Shown in pieces: positions 60,701-64,000 of a DNA stretch of 64,000 bases; the first letter of the stretch is position 1; every line of letters starts with the position of its first letter. A program made the position numbers and the translations under genes. The notes under the pieces were generated by a model that was not told the origin of the DNA, searched no databases, and was given only the letters and a program-made list of their open reading frames with translations. Source of the stretch: an uncultured Pseudomonadales bacterium (lineage in GTDB: Bacteria > Patescibacteriota > Microgenomatia > UBA1400 > PJMF01); assembly GCA_964620965.1 (NCBI GenBank), contig CAZUHV010000003.1, forward strand, positions 12,777 to 76,776, given 5' to 3'.

Positions 60701-62200
60701 ATCTACTCTGACCCATCAGAACTTCAAGAGATAGGAGAATATGTAGGCGTTGACACCAATGAACTGTCTTTTAGAGAAAAATATTATGCAGATGATGAAA
60801 TTCAAAGCGGTGGTTCAGATGAATATGAAGTTCAAGAAGTTGGACCTGGTCGAAGAGGACTTGTTCCAAGATTTCTAGATACAAGTGCAGGAAAAAGACT
60901 AAAAGAAAGATTCGGAAGAAGATTTAAAAAGAAATATAGCGCTCAAAAAAAAGCTGAAAAAGCATTTGCTAAAGCCGCAGGGGCTGCACTTACAAAAGTT
61001 GCTGCTGCTTCACTAAACGCTATACCAGGTGTTGGAACTGCACTTAGTGCTGCACTATTAGCCATAAAAAATAAAAAAGTTAGAGAGTTTGTTTCAGGTT
61101 TAGTTGCTTTAACACTTGGTGCAATTATCGGAAGAACTATCTGGGCTCTAGGAAGTATTGGAGGAGCAATAGGAGGGCTCATTGGTGGAGCTGTTGGATT
61201 TGTTGTTTCTGGTGGAGCAATGGTTGTTCCGGGAGTAGTTATTGGAGCAAATATAGGAGAAGCCATTATTCCAACAAGAATTGTTGGATCAAGTAGCCCT
61301 ATTTTTGGTAACACAAATAATAATCAAGGCTACTCTGCAGAAGCTACCAGAATTACCCAAACTGCAGCCACACAAAACATACTTGTGTCATACGGAGGAG
61401 TCGCAATTATTGCTGCCGGAGGATTTGCTCTAACTTCAGTTTTTATTACTATCTTTACTATCTTCACCATCTACAGTGCATTTCTTATTCCAATTCCTAT
61501 TGATCGACCAACCGTTGGTATTGGAGACGGTGGACCTCCAATTGGAGGAATCGGAGCTGACAGTTGTGATGACCCTACTCCACTTTCAGATAAAATCACA
61601 AAGAATACTACTTCTCCTATTGCTGGGCGAGCTTATGATATTGTAAATAAATTATTACCCGGTTTTTGGTGTTACTGGAACTGGAACCCAGACTATGACG
61701 GACTGAATGATACCTTTACTGGACCTGCTTCAGAAAGCCCAGATTTATTTAACGAAGTCGAGTTTGATAGATACCCATATCACTGTGTGTACAGCAACAG
61801 TTTTCCTGCTGGTTGTGAAGGTGACTACAGAGCTATGAATGGAAACGCACTGTATTGGTGTACTTGGTTAGTAAATCACTCATATCAAAATAACTATAGC
61901 CTCGCTGCAAGAATCATGGCGGATCAGTTTAGAACTCTACCTGGTCACATTTTTATGCCTGTTGAATCGATAAAATACACAGATCTTCAACCAGGAGATG
62001 TCATTTTTACTTCTACAGAAGGCAGAAACGGAAATATTGGGCACGTTGCAGTCCTTCATGATGTTGGCCCAGACTATATTAGAAGTATTGACTCTAATGC
62101 ATCTGCCAGATACCACAGTTTCACTGTTAATACAGATGGCTCTATTCAAGCAGACTCAATCCCATATTTAGGAGTTGTTGGTTTTGGAAGAAGATTATAA
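57755..62200 (+). CDS. 1481-aa protein: acidic N-terminal region, Gly-zipper/TM segment, C-terminal CHAP/NlpC-P60-like amidase
   Basis: YWCTWLV (Cys), QPGDVIF, GHVAV (His), IDSN; hydrophobic GGAIGGLIGGAVG segment and a TM before the domain. Confidence 0.8.
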   Translation: MSELKSKGLARNYLQIKKLDSSVNINTYYQEIKYFLFGTSDSTPIDINNLPKGGINEFFTNGSFIPTETSSVRLTVSGESAALYKIPNLKNAEFVRTLNPTADPSTKRNPAEYFFPSDFVAILVELAQIFYKSGYNVTGLKDYAFTNPQEFIKNWGNPNSDEFLRAASDEKGIPFFYELSFDSHKSDLQNLLNQVNEAAQQFENKKEKPDLSEFLVQTEVENLILKDFSKQAFTLFIEKTPEYLKKTAEYEEKIKPILEADENKIKNSVEEIQEKSEEKIEKLVSQTKSDFFRDLFGKQETLDKFRDLGNFDPDSKYFLFETRTQPLQVGIKETEIYKDFIKVSLETFLEKNHEELLKEFILPLFKTEETEPEPSPETKDEGGEAIVEEIKFDSPIDEETFKKKILEDVTKALIKKFDEEFCPQYKQNFLEKKDKLAGNYLEEVTKELHKQVQEKVVGNLEIGEEDLQKLTENPEKILYSEGNFNPEILESEWYQELIQQSIDYIEGLPSPDSSYSSYFSYLFETHIQPFLTEIEQKEKPEEPPQPTQAEPEDFTSGVIPPVIPVSTDTSPTKTIETQSEQINTLTQEQIKTLQYESAWMYNRAVYELYTSKGVKIEDIPQDELNNLQSSIFSYLSGMQSTEGSDFNKLFGSASARQKALMEFYTKNSTFITQINGGLISKFIDAEALLSVGIKDSIKLDSKVLTDNIKNTVDSLIVQYGLNQDFYAIDTTSDPNNIKVQKFSGDNPHDIIWFLDSIPPERLALIFNIPPGVLKNEDIIKQLREVLKSYARYRGSELSLHIQNTTLQKGLTVISAEDAEKIKNGDEKTITKHLSFTNDIRSMTKANGGEVVVGALDHKSGETDPKRSGHKKEIQKQFKTFLPLWGQLTGLEQAEVYKNFGLAIPAEYLTNGKPDKKKLEVAQLEFIQEFIFFDVSKLGNIKQIIKRKNADEALQLKLLEIAEIQNQLVRERELAKLLNAEFYIYSDPSELQEIGEYVGVDTNELSFREKYYADDEIQSGGSDEYEVQEVGPGRRGLVPRFLDTSAGKRLKERFGRRFKKKYSAQKKAEKAFAKAAGAALTKVAAASLNAIPGVGTALSAALLAIKNKKVREFVSGLVALTLGAIIGRTIWALGSIGGAIGGLIGGAVGFVVSGGAMVVPGVVIGANIGEAIIPTRIVGSSSPIFGNTNNNQGYSAEATRITQTAATQNILVSYGGVAIIAAGGFALTSVFITIFTIFTIYSAFLIPIPIDRPTVGIGDGGPPIGGIGADSCDDPTPLSDKITKNTTSPIAGRAYDIVNKLLPGFWCYWNWNPDYDGLNDTFTGPASESPDLFNEVEFDRYPYHCVYSNSFPAGCEGDYRAMNGNALYWCTWLVNHSYQNNYSLAARIMADQFRTLPGHIFMPVESIKYTDLQPGDVIFTSTEGRNGNIGHVAVLHDVGPDYIRSIDSNASARYHSFTVNTDGSIQADSIPYLGVVGFGRRL

Positions 62201-62217
62201 ATAGTATAGTAACACTA

Positions 62218-62922
62218 ATGAATAAATTGATTGACATATTAGTTAATAAGTTTAAAAACCTTTCTAGAGTTTCAAAAGTAACGTTACTTGTCGTGTTTAT
62301 TCTTGGCTTTTTTGGTTTACTACTGCAAACCCTCTATCCAGATATTCCACCAGGAGTTTATTCTATAACACCAGAAACTCTGTATGGCATTGATGAAAAC
62401 TCAGATTTTGAGATAACGTTTAATAAAGTACTAGACGAATCCACAAAGAAAAAACTTTCTTTAAAAATCACTCCAGAAATTACTTCTGATAATCATTGGA
62501 AAGAAAACAACTATCAATACACAATAAATAATACTGGAAAATTAAAGCTAAACACTACCTATACAATAGCCGTTTTATATAAAGGTAAAGAAATTTACTC
62601 AAAAGAGTATTTAACTTCAAGATACACGCTTGAAGAACAGGCTGAACATGTAAAAGAACAAGGAGAAGCAGATATCAAGTTTAATGAAGCAGTCACAAAC
62701 TTGAGACTACAGTTTTCTTGGTATGATGATATTCCTATAGATACCCCACAATATACAATTGTGTATGACTATGATGAAAAAAAATTCAGAATTAGACTTA
62801 AAATACCTAAAGATTCTAGTCAAGAAACAATACAAACTCTCACAGACAAAGCCCTTAAAGATATGCAAGATGTAAATATTGATACCACAAAATGGGGATA
62901 TTACGTTTTATTTTCAGAATAA
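62218..62922 (+). CDS. Membrane-anchored protein with Ig-like domain
   Basis: N-terminal TM; ITP...FEITFNK...W....L...TTYTI pattern. Confidence 0.65.
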   Translation: MNKLIDILVNKFKNLSRVSKVTLLVVFILGFFGLLLQTLYPDIPPGVYSITPETLYGIDENSDFEITFNKVLDESTKKKLSLKITPEITSDNHWKENNYQYTINNTGKLKLNTTYTIAVLYKGKEIYSKEYLTSRYTLEEQAEHVKEQGEADIKFNEAVTNLRLQFSWYDDIPIDTPQYTIVYDYDEKKFRIRLKIPKDSSQETIQTLTDKALKDMQDVNIDTTKWGYYVLFSE

Positions 62923-62966
62923 AATAAACTAGCTAGAGATCATTCAAAAATGGTATAGTAGTACAG

Positions 62967-64000
62967 ATGCAAGAACACCCAATCCCGCAAGATATTACCG
63001 GGTATAAGTTTCATATTATCGGAAGCATGACTCTCAAGCAGTTTGGAGAGATTTTTTTGGGTGTTATTCTTGCTGTTATTTTTTATAAAACAAACCTTAT
63101 TGGTGTTATAAAATGGCCGTTAGTTATTCTTAGTTTTGGAATGGGAGTCGCTGCGGCCTTTCTTCCAATCGAAGAAAGGCCATTAGATCACTGGATCATT
63201 ACTTTCTTTAAAGTACTATATAAACCTACAAAGTTTTACTGGAGACGTGAACCTAAAATTCCAGAACCTTTTACTTACAAACCTGAAATTGAAAAAATTG
63301 AAGATAACACTTTAGATTTAACCCCCGCAAAAAGACAAAGAATTCGAGAATATGTTGGGTCTATTCCCGAAGTTTCTGCCACACCACAGGATTTTACTAA
63401 TGATGAGCTATCTAGAATGCAGAATATATTAACTTCATTTACAGAAGTTCAAGTAAAAACTCAAACTATAACTACAACAGAAACCAAGCAAGAAAAACCT
63501 AGAATTGATGTACGTGTCAGAAAAATGAGAAAGCCTGTGGCTCAAGAAGTTGTTATTTTTGGAAACGATACCGTAATTCCACTTCATACAGAAGGAATTT
63601 ATGAAACTCCTCAAAGGAAAACTCTAAACCCCCAAACATTTGATCAAAAAAAATCTATTCTTGCCACAGACCAAGTTGCTACTGACATAGAAATACCAGA
63701 AGAACAAGCTATTAAAGCTGTTTCACAAGAAGAGGTTGAAGAAAAGCTCACAAGTACTCATGAATCTGTGAATGATATGAGTGAAAAATCTTTTATAGAA
63801 GCTGAGTCAACAAATAAAGAAGAAACTATTGCTACAACAGAAGCTTCATATAATACAAATCTTCCGTTTCCTATTAAGCCTACAGAACCAAACAAAGTTG
63901 TTGGAATGGTTTTAAGTCAGAATAATGATTTACTCACAAATGCTATCGTTGAAATCCAAACTACACAAGGAAGTATTGCCCGAGCTGTTAAAACAAATGC
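62967..64000 (+). CDS. PrgI-family (VirB3-like) membrane protein, 3'-truncated
   Basis: Not in the ORF track. Hand translation: MQEHPIPQDITGYKFHIIGSMTLKQFG-TM-TM-PIEERPLDHW...KPTKFYWR; the last bases read PNKVVGMV...NAIVEI...RAVKTN, consistent with the frame staying open to the end. Confidence 0.85.
   Translation, partial: MQEHPIPQDITGYKFHIIGSMTLKQFGEIFLGVILAVIFYKTNLIGVIKWPLVILSFGMGVAAAFLPIEERPLDHWIITFFKVLYKPTKFYWRREPKIPEPFTYKPEIEKIEDNTLDLTPAKRQRIREYVGSIPEVSATPQDFTNDELSRMQNILTSFTEVQVKTQTITTTETKQEKPRIDVRVRKMRKPVAQEVVIFGNDTVIPLHTEGIYETPQRKTLNPQTFDQKKSILATDQVATDIEIPEEQAIKAVSQEEVEEKLTSTHESVNDMSEKSFIEAESTNKEETIATTEASYNTNLPFPIKPTEPNKVVGMVLSQNNDLLTNAIVEIQTTQGSIARAVKTN

Noticed and set aside
648-62149. 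Many 60-140-aa ORFs overlapping long genes (for example 1080..1511, 2590..2952, 14412..14774, 43429..43794, 60943..61314)
   Set aside because: They are shadow frames of well-supported genes on the opposite strand or in another frame, with no motifs of their own.
1-64000. Alternative genetic code (UGA=Gly, as in Gracilibacteria/Absconditabacteria)
   Set aside because: Conserved genes are full length in code 11 and uppS ends at TGA right after its RRFG motif.

Overview
AT-rich bacterial chromosome segment in standard genetic code. Gene content points to a Patescibacteria/CPR organism, most likely of the Microgenomates group (inference from the mevalonate pathway, ATP-dependent ligase, VirB2-like pilin arrays, PrgI fusion and Cys/Pro-Thr-rich surface proteins). 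Order: three paralogous Cys-rich surface proteins, two ending in LPATG sorting signals (1-5161); a tRNA-Ile with the rare UAU anticodon; a MacAB-like ABC exporter; a VirD4/TrwB-like ATPase operon with lgt, nagZ, an MFS transporter and pth; GT2 / Cys-nucleophile hydrolase / GT2; a DNA-repair cluster (ATP-dependent ligase, Fic, nnrD, recF, FeS-less mutY); a permuted SpoIID lytic enzyme; two pilin-domain genes; uppS with a complete hybrid mevalonate pathway; an ECF sigma factor; an array of eight VirB2/TrbC-like pilins; a glycoside hydrolase/lysozyme-like secreted protein; a degenerate DHH protein with an HMGA-type AT-hook; a VirB6-like protein; three large orphan ORFs, one preceded by a cobalamin-riboswitch-like RNA; a 1481-aa CHAP protein; and PrgI running off the end. 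Best leads: (1) the chromosomal T4SS-like surface system with many pilins and orphan cargo, and no relaxase or integrase in the window; (2) the B12-riboswitch-like RNA before an orphan gene inside it; (3) tRNA-Ile(UAU); (4) tail-less LPATG proteins with a four-repeat propeller nested inside a disulfide module; (5) the AT-hook pseudo-DHH protein; (6) pervasive -10 boxes only 6-14 nt before start codons. All family calls come from motif recognition by eye; no database search was run.
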